A stretch of 64,000 nt of DNA from NCBI RefSeq assembly GCF_006345805.1, contig NC_043005.1:44950001-45014000 (forward strand). The letters are read 5' to 3'. The translations under genes and the position numbers were made by a program. Under the pieces are notes generated by a model, which worked only from the letters and a program-made list of their open reading frames with translations, made no database searches and was not told the DNA's origin. The stretch is from Octopus sinensis. Taxonomy: Eukaryota. Each line of letters starts with the position of its first letter. Position 1 is the first letter of the stretch. Below, one piece after another: positions 40,312-51,899 of this stretch.

Positions 40312-42239
40312 GGTTAATATAGGGCGTAACAAATATCAGAAAATCAAAAAAAAAATGTGTGTAATAGGTGTAAAACAACTTCCTATGAACGAATATGAAA
40401 AAAAAATTTCGCGCACGCGAAAGGGGGGTGGGGGAGATGCCTCGGAAAATTCACATCGGGAAGTTCCGAAAGCGTCTGAGGAGCTGACCCGGGCACCAAA
40501 ACAAAAAAAAAATAGTGTAATATGTGTAAAACAACTTGCTCTAAACGAATATGACAAAAAAAAATGCGCTCTCGCGAAAGAGGGGTGGGGGAGAGGCCTC
40601 GGAATATTTATATCGGGAATTTCCGAAAGCGTCTGAACCGGGCACAAAAACAAAAACAAAAACAGCGTAATAGGTGTAAAACAACTTGCTCTAAACGACT
40701 ATCATGAAAAAAATGCGCGCTCGCGAAAGGGGGGTGGGGGAGAGGCTTCGGAAATTTCACATCTTCAGTCCACGGCCTTTAAACTAAGAAAAAATAGTGT
40801 AATTGGTGTAAAACTACTTGTTCTAAACGAGTATCAAGAACACACACTCACACATGAATCATAAACTCCGTATTTCGCAAAAAAAAATAAATAAAGAGAA
40901 GAAATTCTGGAAAAAGTGAAGAAATGTTGGATCTCATTCCTTGGTTAAAGCTATTTTAAACATTAAATTTATGCTTTTCTTTGAAATAGTTCAGATATAT
41001 GCAATTCTTCTCACTTATTAAAATGCATTTATCAGAAAAAAAGAGACAGAAAAAATTATTATTTTGTGTCAATCCTTCCCTAATTATCCTTTATTAATTA
41101 GTTTTGGCGTGTATTTTTTTCCCAAATTAATTTTTTCACCTTTACAACACTGTTTAGTAAAGCAATTAATTATCTTTATAATTTGCATATTTGACTTATT
41201 AATCAAAATTCTCTAGATGTAATATATACTAAGTAATGCATCCTTCATTTATGTGTTCCGTTCTGTATTATGCATGCGTGACTGTTTGTATGTAAGTGTG
41301 TTTAACTGTGCACATGAATGTGAATATTAAAGAACATATTTATTTACTATGATTGTTATTTTCAGAACAAATAAATCTTTTGGCTGTTATGTTATTGATG
41401 TTATTATTATTGCTAGTTAAAGGGTGGTGACTTGGCTGAATATTTTGAGTCTTGTAGTATGTAGTTGTGTTAGTCAATATTCTGAGTTCAAATCCAACTC
41501 ATTTCTTTATCCTCATTATCGATGGACCACTCAAAGAGGTATGTATACATTATCATTTTCGTAACATAATTTCTGTAGTATTTCAAGATGTTTCTGACAC
41601 GTATTTTGATTCACATGGCGGAGATCCAACATTTCTTCACTTTTTCCAGAATTTCTTCTCTTTATTTTTTTTTTTTGCGAAATACGGAGTTTATGATTCA
41701 TGTGTGAGTGTGTGTTCTTGATACTCGTTTAGAACAAGTAGTTTTACACCAATTACACTATTTTTTCTTAGTTTAAAGGCCGTGGACTGAAGATGTGAAA
41801 TTTCCGAAGCCTCTCCCCCACCCCCTTTCGCGAGCGCGCATTTTTTTCATGATAGTCGTTTAGAGCAAGTTGTTTTACACCTATTACGCTGTTTTTGTTT
41901 TTGTTTTTGTGCCCGGTTCAGACGCTTTCGGAAATTCCCGATATAAATATTCCGAGGCCTCTCCCCCACCCCTCTTTCGCGAGAGCGCATTTTTTTTGTC
42001 ATATTCGTTTAGAGCAAGTTGTTTTACACATATTACACTATTTGTTTTTTGTTTTGGTGCCCGGGTCAGCTCCTCAGACGCTTTCGGAACTTCCCGATGT
42101 GAATTTTCCGAGGCCTCTCCCCCACCCCCTTTCGCGTGCGCGAAATTTTTTTTTCATATTCGTTCATAGGAAGTTGTTTTACACCTATTACACACATTTT
42201 TTTTTTATTTTCTGATATTTGTTACGCCCTATATTAACC
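40312..42239. mobile_element. Non-autonomous foldback-type DNA transposon with ~620-bp TIRs and 8-bp TSD
   Basis: Arms 40312-40935 and 41621-42239 are near-identical reverse complements starting GGTTAATATAGGGCG. AATTCTCC at 40304-40311 and 40240-equivalent 42240-42247. Non-coding 685-bp spacer. Confidence 0.95.
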
Positions 42240-42883
42240 AATTCTCCTTACAAGGTGGAAAAATTTGTCTACAAGCTAGTTTGCTTGTATATATACACAC
42301 ATGTTTTACAGTAAGCTATTTAGCATCTAAATCGATGGATGAATTTGTCAATAGGCAGTTTAGCTTAATGGTAAAGCACTCAGCTGAAGTCTTGGGGAAT
42401 GTGGATTTGAGCCCCATGGCTGTTTGTTGACAAATTCTTCTGCTTTGTAAGGGTAATTCACCCAGTATTTCTGCTCTTCTAATGACAATTCTGCATTCAA
42501 AAGAATATATTCTTGTTTGTATCATACAATACACATTTTGATACTTCTAATAAAAACAAATGTTAGTTTGTTTATATTTATACGCACGTGTTGCAAGGAG
42601 AGTGTCTCAGCTTTATATGAGTACACATACTTATGGTTAAGTTGATGTTATTGATGTTTCAACCCCCAGTTAGTTCTAATCAAGCTGCCCTGTTATCACA
42701 GGCATTTTAACTGTGGCCAGGCCATACCATCCTTTATTCAGATATTCAGAGTGTATTTAGGATTACATTCTCCTTATATCATTTAAACCAGCCATATTCA
42801 GCACAAATATTCTATTTGTTTTAATACAAACTCACCAGATCTGGTCTCTCATCCTACCCTACAATGTCATTCTGAAAATCAAC

Positions 42884-43274
42884 AGGAGTGCCCTGTGGTA
42901 AGTAGCTTGCTTACCAACCATATGGTTCCAGGTTCAGTCCCACTGTGTGGCACCTTGGGCAAGTGTCTTTTACTATAGCCTCGGGCCGACCAAAGCCTTG
43001 TGAGTAGATTTGGTAGAGGGAAACTGAAAGAAGCCCATTGTATATATGTATATGTATATATATATATATGTGTGTGTGTTTGTCCCCCCAACATTGCTTG
43101 ACAACCGATGCAGGTGTATTTACGTCCCTGTAACTTAGCAGTTCGCCAAAAGAAACCAATAGACTAAGTACTAGGCTTACAAAGAATAAGTCCTGGGTCA
43201 ATTTACTCAACTAAAGGTGGTGCTCCAGCATGGCCGCAGTCAAATGACTGAAACAAGTAAAAGAGTAAAAGAGT
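42884..43274 (+). mobile_element. SINE family A, full length
   Basis: Head AGGAGTGCCCTGTGGTAAGTAGC, tail GTAAAAGAGTAAAAGAGT. Confidence 0.9.
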
Positions 43275-43346
43275 AATCACTTCATCAAAATCTCAAAGTT
43301 ACAAGATAATGTTTGGCTAATTCAAAACAATGTGAATAAATAAGTA

Positions 43347-44230
43347 CAAGGTGGTATCAAAAGATTCCCAGACATGTTATGTTTAAGGAAAAATAACTTA
43401 TTTGCCTAAATTTTAACGTCATCTCTTTTGAAATAGTCACCTTGCTCAAGAATACATCAGTTCCAGTATTCCAGCCACTTTTGGAAACTTGTCTGGAAGT
43501 CATTTTCCACAAGCGAGTTGAGGACCTTCTGCCATTTGCTCTGTATCTTGACAATGGTTGTTAAAATGGCAGTCTTTGAGGTGCATTTTCATATTGGGGA
43601 AGTGATGGAAGTTCACAGGTACTAAATCTGGCAAATAGTGTGGGTGTGGAAGCGATGCCATGTTGTTTTTTTTTTGCTGGGAAACTCATGAGTGAGGAGA
43701 ACTCAGTGTCAATGTGCTTTGTTGTCATGAAGAAACCAATTCTTCACGCCCCACAGATCTGGTCACTTTCACCAAATGTTGTCCCTCAAATGCTTTAAAC
43801 CACCACAGTATAATTCTTGATTGACAGTCTGGCCCTGGGGGATGAATTCTTGATGCACAATGCTGCAGATGGCAAAAAAATTATGAGCATGCTCTTGATT
43901 GAGCTGCAGCCCTGTTGTGCCTTTTGAAGTGCCCATGCCACTTGAAACATTATGTATGACCCATTGCCTCATTGCTGTAAGCTTGTGGAAGCATGATCAA
44001 TGTCTCTGTAGCAGACTTCCCAAGTTTGAAGCAAAATTTCACGTTGGCTCTTTGCTCCAACTTCCTGTTCATGATAAAAATTGCATACATATGATCACAA
44101 AAACACAGCAATGTTACTCAGCACAGTGCCTCATGAAGGTCACTTCTACCTCTCACTGCCCATGCAACCATGTGCTGCCATCTGTTAGTGCACTGCACAA
44201 CTAGTCCAGGAACTTTTTGATACCACCTCC
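43347..44230 (-). mobile_element. Internally deleted mariner (DD34D-type) element
   Basis: TIRs C(A/G)AGGTGGTATCAAAA...CC...GAC at both ends, left TA. Minus strand IVHQEFIPQGQTVNQELY, LHDNKAH and LPHPHYLPDLVPVNF. Confidence 0.85.
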
Positions 44231-45041
44231 TGTCATATTTGACAGAGTAATCTGAATGCTAAAGGGTTATTCAATGTGACTTGCCCTTTATTTTTCTAAG
44301 ATCACAGAGAGGGATTTAAAAGATGTTTTGATGCTATTTTTAGTAGGATGAATGAACACATAGAGATACTCAAGGAAAAAATATAATTGGTCCCTGAAGT
44401 ACAAGAAAATTGATAGAACGTGGTTAGCAGCTTTGGGGTACTTTTTAAAGAATTTGCCCAATATTGAAAAACATAATGAAAAGTATAACCATCTGGAATA
44501 ATAATTTCTCTCTTTGTATGATATGATCAGAAGTTTAAAATTTGTTTTGATGCTGTAACTATTAAAACATATTCAAAAAGAATAAGATATGTTATGTGCA
44601 AATTATCGAATAACAACTAGAAATGTTACCTCTATATCACTATGCACAGCTTTGAAAAGTAGTTATGATTATAAAAAAATGGAAAAATTAATTGTAAACA
44701 AATTTAAAATGCTACCATTGGAAAAAAAAATCTGAAAATGAAATATTATTTTGCTAAATATGATAATTTTCCAATGCTGGAAGACAAGAACAGTCATTTA
44801 ACACTGCTGTGAGCCATCTATTCAATCTGATGAAAAGAAATCCATAATCACAACTGTTGATATAAAAATACCTCATATGACGATGACTCAAAAACTTTTA
44901 CAAGATCTAGCAATTGCTGAATGTATTACAACCCCAGAATCCCAAACTCAATAATTACATATTTTCCATAAAACTAACAATGAAAATTCCTCAAATACAA
45001 CAAGCACTGGTAAACAACAACATCAAAAGTAAGAAATACAT

Positions 45042-45617
45042 TTAACTCATTAGCATTCAGGTTACTCTGTCAATTGTAAAAGATAAAGCCTCCCTTTCGT
45101 CAAGAATAACTATAGGATTCTGCCTAGAAAGTTCCCTCAGAGGCACAAGTCCTTACAAGGCTGCTTTGTGGAAGTTGTTAATGCATACCAGTGTCCCATC
45201 TCCACACCACTACCAATGACGTCCAAGGGAAAGGCAAGGGCCAATACAGCTTGGCACCAGGGATCGTGTAACTCCTTTCTGCAGTTAAGCAAACTGGAAC
45301 AAAGTGAAATAAAGTGTCTTACTCAAAAACACAACACACAGCCTAGTCTGAAAATCGAACTCACAACCTCATGTTTGTAAGCCCAATACTCCAACCACTG
45401 AACCATAAGCCACTCTGTCAAATGTAATACTTATTTATTCACATTATTTTTAATTAATCATGCATTATCTTGTAGCTTAGAGTTTTCAATTATGTGATTG
45501 TATATTTTTAGAATGACATTGTACAGTAGATTTGATAAACCTGATCTGGCCAGTTTGAACATAAAATAGGTTAAATATTTCAGCTGGATATGGCTGGCTT
45601 AAATGCTAAAGGGTTAA
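45042..45617. mobile_element. piggyBac-type MITE copy 3 (TTAA at both ends), interrupted by a SINE at 45080-45411
   Basis: TTAACTCATTAGCATT ... AATGCTAAAGGGTTAA. The SINE is flanked by ACTCTGTCAA(T/A)TGTAA at 45064-45079 and 45412-45427. Confidence 0.85.
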
Positions 45618-45734
45618 ATTGTGGCAATCATCAAGTATATTACTGAGCAAAACTTCAGAAACTCAGTAAATACTGGAGTTTAATACAGGTTTCATAAAGC
45701 TGACAAAGTAAATTCTTCTGACACATTTGGTGAT

Positions 45735-45920
45735 AGGTGCAGGAGTAACTGTGTGGTAAGTAGCTTGCTTACCAACCACATGGTTCTGGGTTCATTCCCA
45801 CTGTGTGGCACCTTGGGCAAGTGTCTTCTACTATAGCCTCGGGCTAACCAAAGCCTTGTGAGTGGATTTGGTAGACGGAAACTGCATGAAGCCTGTCGTA
45901 TATATGTATGTGTGTCTGTG

Positions 45921-45953
<33 letters not shown>

Positions 45954-46170
45954 TTGTGTGTCTGTGTTTGTCCTGCCCCCAACATCACTTGACAACCGAA
46001 GCTGGTGTGTTTACATCTCCGTAACTTAGTGGGTTGGCAAAAGAGACAGATAGAATAAGTACTAGGCTTATAAAGAATAAGTCCTGGGGTTGATTTGCTC
46101 GACTAAAGGCAGTGCTCCAGCATGGCCACAGTCAAATGACTGAAACAATTAAAAAAAAAGAGAAAGAGAG
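45735..46170 (+). mobile_element. SINE family A, full length
   Basis: A/B-box head, central (GT)n, conserved tail. Confidence 0.9.
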
Positions 46171-48199
46171 AATTGCATCATTTTAACTAAGAAAAAGTCT
46201 AAGTGATTAGATTTGTTTGGGTTGATACACCAGTTGAATATTTCATCAATGTTTCATTAAGACATCTCATAAAATTTCTTTATCAAATTCCTTACTTGTT
46301 CCAAAAATCACCTCAGTCATTCTTAAAAGTTACTTTTTTTTTATTATTAATCAGTATCCTTGATAACTTTTCTTTGAATGGGTTGTTATGTAAAATGTTC
46401 ATCACCTGAAAGAATATAGTAAGAAACTCTTGGGACAGATAAATAGCAGAAGGTTTTCAGAGACAAAAGAAACACCCCGTCCCCCCCCCTGCACGTGTTT
46501 CAGCCCTTAACTCCTTACACTCTAAGGGGGATGCATTTTGGATACCACTCTACTACCACATTCTGTACCATTGTCTACATTGCAGCCCTTTTGGAAGGTT
46601 AAGTTGGTCCAAATTGAAAGTACCTTAAGTGTTGTAACCAATGCAGCCACAGATATATGTAATGCAGTAACTTCTCAGAATCGATCATGCATCTCTAACA
46701 TCTTAGCCTAGATTAAACCTTAAACAGCAGACATTATCATTAGATGTTTCATTAGAGAATAGCAGACATCGTCAATTAATGTTTCAAATATTTTACATGG
46801 ATATGGCCATCATCAAAGGAAAGTAAATATTTTACGGCACTTTTTAATGAGATCGTAAATTTTACTGTGTTGAGAGACTAACAATTATTATAGTTATTGT
46901 ACTTATTAAAATAGAAAAATAAAAGATTACCCTTTAAAAACTGAAAGGTTTTTTTTGTATATTTGGCATACATATTTATCAACCCTTTCTGACTGTTTAA
47001 TAGTTGGGTAAAGACTCCCTTCAATCATGAATAACCATGCAATTTCACTTAGAAATTTCCCCTTCATGGCACAAGTCCATACAACGTTGTTTATGAAAGA
47101 CCAGCAGTCATCCCTGCATATCAGTCTCCCCTCTCCATGCCACCAATGTTATCCAAGGGAAAGGCAAAGGCTGATACAACTTGGCACCAATGATGTCGCA
47201 ATTCATTTCTACCAACTGAGTGAAGTGAAGTGAAGTGATGTGAAACAAAGTATCTTGCTCAAGAACACAGCACTCACCTCAGCTTGGAATCAAACTTGCA
47301 ACCTCTTAATTGTGAGTCCAACACTCTAATCACTGAGCCAATGGTTAAAGCATTGCTTTTTTGGCCAAAAATAGCATATTTGGTAATTTCCTTTCTACTA
47401 TAGGCACCAGGCCTGAAATTTTGGGGGAGATGCAAGTCAATTCCATTGACCTCAGTGCTTGCCTGGTGCTTATTTTATCAATCCCAAAAGGATGAAATGG
47501 AAAACGACCTCAGCTGAATTTGAACTTGGGACATAAAGGCAGATAAAATGCTGCCAAGCATTTTATCTGGCATGCTAACAATTCCACCAGCTCACTGCCT
47601 TTACATTTTTGGTGTTAAATTAACTGCACATGCAGACAGCTAAACAAACATGCCCCACCACCACCACCATTCAACCAGTCATATTTTTTGGTTGTTGAGT
47701 AAATTGTCATTTAACTATTTCTATTTTGTTCTAACATCCACCAATAACATTCTAAAACATTCATCATTTTCCATATAAATAAACTTTGATTTGAAACTCT
47801 AACAACAGATGTTTTGAAGCAGCTAGAGGCTGATATAAAAGACATTCTCTCACATCTATGTTGCATCATATCCACTTCTATGTGCTATTAACCCCTCACA
47901 TACAATATTACTATATACTCATATATTTGGTAATCGTGCAGTTCTTATCACTTTCACTCTCTCTCACTCACTCACTCACTCCTTGTGACCCCACTATTTT
48001 TATTGTTTTTTTTAAAGCCTGGTGCTTACTATGTCAGTCTCATTTTACAAAAATGCTGTTACAGGGATGTAAACAAATGAAAACCAGTTGCCTAGTGGTG
48101 ATAGAGGACAAACACAGACATAAAAACGTACATACATACATACATACATACATACATACATACATACATACATACATACATACATACATACATACATAC

Positions 48200-48682
48200 A
48201 TTGTTTTGTCTTGGTATAAAAGATGGGCTACAGTAAATATTCTGCTCAATACCACAGATTTGATTGTCAGTTGTTTGACCTTAACCGGTTGAGCATGTCC
48301 CTTAGTGGCTGACAATATGTGCATCTCTGTTCATGAGCAGGAGTAGTGGGGGAGCATCATAGCCATGTGTTGAGAGGAATTCTTTGGGGTTTGGATAATT
48401 CACCTTTGGAAACATGGGCGTTTCATTCAACATCCTTAAACAACCCTTATTGAGGGACCTTTTGAGCGGGATGGGTTACTTGACCAGAAAAAAATTCTAA
48501 CTGGGCCCCACCTGCAAGGTCATGTGCTGTTTATCTTGATATCAGATCACCATGTCGCGCACATATGGTTGTGATGCATGTGCCTGGTGTACTCTTATCA
48601 GACGGGTAGTCATGATGGGTATACTGGGCTTCATATATTTTACTCCAGTGTCACTTTCATGGCATGCACTGCTCTCTCACTC
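48200..48682. repeat. Unclassified, CpG-retaining ~480-bp interspersed-repeat-like segment abutting (AAT)n
   Basis: GC-richer than its flanks with several CpGs; sharp boundaries at (TACA)n and (AAT)n. Repeat status is recalled, not shown within this window. Confidence 0.4.
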
Positions 48683-48713
<31 letters not shown>

Positions 48714-48773
48714 TCGAAAATACCTTAGAATTTTCTCCAAGACACCTGGGTTCATCCATTTGGAATTACTAAA

Positions 48774-48809
<36 letters not shown>

Positions 48810-49821
48810 CATATAAATAAAAAAATTTTTTTCTCTTTACCAGCGGGACTTGGGGGTATTGGTGTGTGGGAGATATCTTATGGTAGTGGAATAATATTTA
48901 ACTGCTATTTCTAAATTTCAGTATGTGGTGAAGCAATTTTGCTGAACCCTAATTATAATTAGGCTTATAATTATAGAATCTTTGTATAAGGTTACCGATG
49001 ATAGTTCTTTTAACATACCGAACTACTTGGTAAAATTATTAATTATTAATTGATTAATTGATTTTACCCTTTATTATTATTATTATTGTTATATATATAT
49101 ATATCCATACATGCTATTAACTTTTTTTAGTTTCTGTCTACCAAATCAACTCACAAGACTTTGATTTGCCCAGGCGTATGGTAGAAGACACTTTTGCAAA
49201 ACCTCATGCAATGGAACTGAACCTAAGCCCACATAGTTAGGAACAAATTTCCGAAACACACTGCCTTGCCTGCACCTAGTTACACCTGCACCTGAAATTA
49301 GTTGAAATTTCTTATTAAAATCAAGTAGATTTTGAATAGTCAAGTAACAAGAATACATGTGTTGATTTGCGAACATATTGTCATCTCTTTCTTATTCACC
49401 TTCAGCAACAACCTCACACATGGCATTCTCTTTTACATTGCATTTGGCAATGCCTCGTTCTATTTGATGATCAGTCATTAATTCTCATCAACACATTATT
49501 CATTATAAGCTAACTAGAAATAGTCATACAGTGAAGAAAACAAAAACAATACTGGTCAATGACTGATATTATTTTTAGTTAACCTACAAGTATGGCTGAC
49601 AGTTCCAAGCACATTACTGCTTTATTCAGCATACCTTCTATACTAATGATGTTAGAATCTCAAGTAAATGTACAAAGTTGTGTATTGGCTGATGTAGATA
49701 AATTATTGTTTAAACAATAAAGAAGTTGTTTAAACATGTCGCCATTGCTGCTAATGCCACTGCTGCCACTGTTGGTGGCGGTGTCATCTTATTTCACCTC
49801 CATCTCCCATGCAGTGGATAC

Positions 49822-50070
49822 ATGTGGCTTAGAGGCTAGGGTGTTGGTCTCATGATTGTAGGATTGTGGTTTTGATTCCTGGATCAGGCAATGCATTGTG
49901 TTCTTGAGCAAAACACTTCATTTCATGTTACTCCAGTCTGCTCACCTGGCAAAAATGAGTAATCTTACGATGGACCGGTGTCCCATCCAGGTGAGGAATC
50001 TATATGCCATGGAAACTTGAAAACTGGCCCTAATGAGTTGGTGTGACTCAAGAAGGTAACCTTTACTTTT
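49822..50070 (+). mobile_element. SINE family C
   Basis: Colinear with 21077-21297. Confidence 0.85.
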
Positions 50071-50452
50071 TTTCATCTTATCTCCCATGCTGGCATGGGT
50101 TTGAGTGTTCAACAGGATTCAACAAGTGAGAGGGATGTCAAACTCCAGTGTTGGCTTTAGTATGATTTCTAAGGCTGGATGTCCTTCTTAATCCCAAATA
50201 TTTTACAAGGTGTACTTGGTTCTTTTTTTCATGGTACCAACGCTAGTGAAATTAATAAATAGCTCACAAGACAAGTCCCCTCAACTGAGTTGAGGTGTAG
50301 TATAGTGGGAGGTGGCTTTGTGATAGGTGTTGATAGGGTAAAGTATGGTAGAGGAACTGGTGTCATACTTAGAGTCAATCCAAGTAGGAAAGAGAGAAAG
50401 AATGGTAGAGATGAGATGTTAGGGTGTACCCTCATGATATAAGAGAGAAAGT

Positions 50453-50770
50453 TTTAACATCATCTCTTTTGAAATAATCACCTTGTGCAGCAATACACTG
50501 GTCCCAGTATTCCTGCTACTTTGGGAATCCAGCCTGGAAGTTGTTTTCTATGAGCAAGTCGAGGACCCTCTGCAATTCACTCTGGATCTCAACAACGATG
50601 TTAAAATGGCAACCTTTAAGCTGCATTTTCATCTTGGGGAAGAGATGGAAGTTTGTAGGTGCTAAATCTGGAAAATAGGGCAGGTGCAGAAGCAATACCT
50701 TGTTGTTTTTGGTGAGGAACTCATGAGTGAGGAGACCTTGGTAACAGGGTGCATTGTCATCATGAAGAAT
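50453..50770 (-). mobile_element. Mariner fragment related to 43347-44230
   Basis: Colinear with 43410-43730 (TTTAAC(G/A)TCATCTCTTTTGAAATA...). Confidence 0.8.
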
Positions 50771-50829
50771 CTAATCTGTTCCTGTATCATACCTTAACCA
50801 CTCAACACCTGACTCAAAGCCATTTCTCT

Positions 50830-51400
50830 CAATATAGTACCCCCACTCAGCACTTCTTTATGCAACTGTCCTCATCCATACACAACACAGTTCCATACCC
50901 ATACAGTCTTCTCTCTTGCACACTACATACAGTGCCTCTTGCACCCAATTTTTCTCTCTCCATTGCTGTACTTTGTCATACATGCACATTGACATTACAT
51001 GTCCAACAGAGCATGTTAGTTTCATTTCTTTTAAGTGTTTAAATGTTTTCTTCATTCACAGTGTACATTTTACTATTATGTAGCGTTGCTGTTCATACAC
51101 AAACATTGTAAAATCTGCTTTTCACTCAGAGAGAGAGAGAGAGAGAGGCCTTTTGTTACCAACAGAGATAATAGATCTCTGAACTTTCTTCAGCCAGTTC
51201 TTATTTTAGCAACTATATTTTCAGAACATGTTCCACAGCTAATTAGATTACAAAGGTAACAGAAAGCTATTGACTACCTCCAAAGATCCTCCTGGACCTT
51301 TAAGGAAATCTATTTCTTGCATATGAATCTTCCACAATTAAAGTCCACTTTCACTGTTAATTCTCCTGTGATTCTACTTCATCTCTTAATACTGCCCCTG
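50830..51400 (-). mobile_element. RTE LINE C-terminal relic
   Basis: LEVVNSFCYL...RKFRDLLSLLVTKGLSL(R)VKSRFY...QERRL, homologous to 56640-57050. Confidence 0.8.
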
Positions 51401-51576
51401 CTTGAAAAACAATAGTTAAGTTAGTGTTAGTATGTTCTATGCTGGAAACATCAAAAAGCTAACTAGAAATAATTATGTATGGGACAAGGAAAGAATATAG
51501 TCAAAAACTAATATTGTTTGCCATTTTCTGGCAAGTACAGAAGACAACTCTATCTGTGTTTTAATCTTATACTCAC

Positions 51577-51611
51577 CTCATCAGGGAAAGAAAGTTCTTA
51601 CCAAACTCATG
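51577..51611 (-). other. Candidate 35-nt exon (HEFGKNFLSLM), unverified
   Basis: Acceptor ttattgattctttcAG, consensus donor AG|GTGAGT, a single open frame. Confidence 0.3.
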
Positions 51612-51899
51612 CTGAAAGAATCAATAAGTAAATACATTAGAATGTATAATATTCAGTGTTGGGAAATAATTATGTTTAGATAATTACCAACTTTACCAAT
51701 TCGTACATTTTAATGTATTGTTCTTTTTATCTAATCATTAAGGCAATGAAGTTGCCAGCCAAGGATTCTGCTCCTAAAGATATTTGACTATGTTCTACCT
51801 ATTTGTTGTTCTGGTCTGCCATGTAGTTCTGTTCACTAATGTTACATGCATTTCTGTGCCAACCAGGGATTGTTTTGCAGATTTGCTTTAGCCTGAATT

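Larger units (their letters stand above)
42781..44269. mobile_element. piggyBac-type MITE copy 2, split by a SINE and a mariner
   Basis: Pieces 42781-42883, 43275-43346 and 44231-44269 rejoin into the sequence seen inverted at 45412-45617. Confidence 0.8.

Noticed and set aside
40350-40830. CRISPR-like or tRNA/rRNA array
   Set aside because: The units are 130-156-bp TIR subrepeats without unique spacers. tRNA-like boxes elsewhere belong to SINE heads and form no cloverleaf; no rRNA sequence was seen.
48844-48910. GLGGIGVWEISY after a strong plus-strand acceptor, resembling a GH18 chitinase C-terminal motif
   Set aside because: Single 12-residue motif, weak donor, and no other GH18 motifs in the window.
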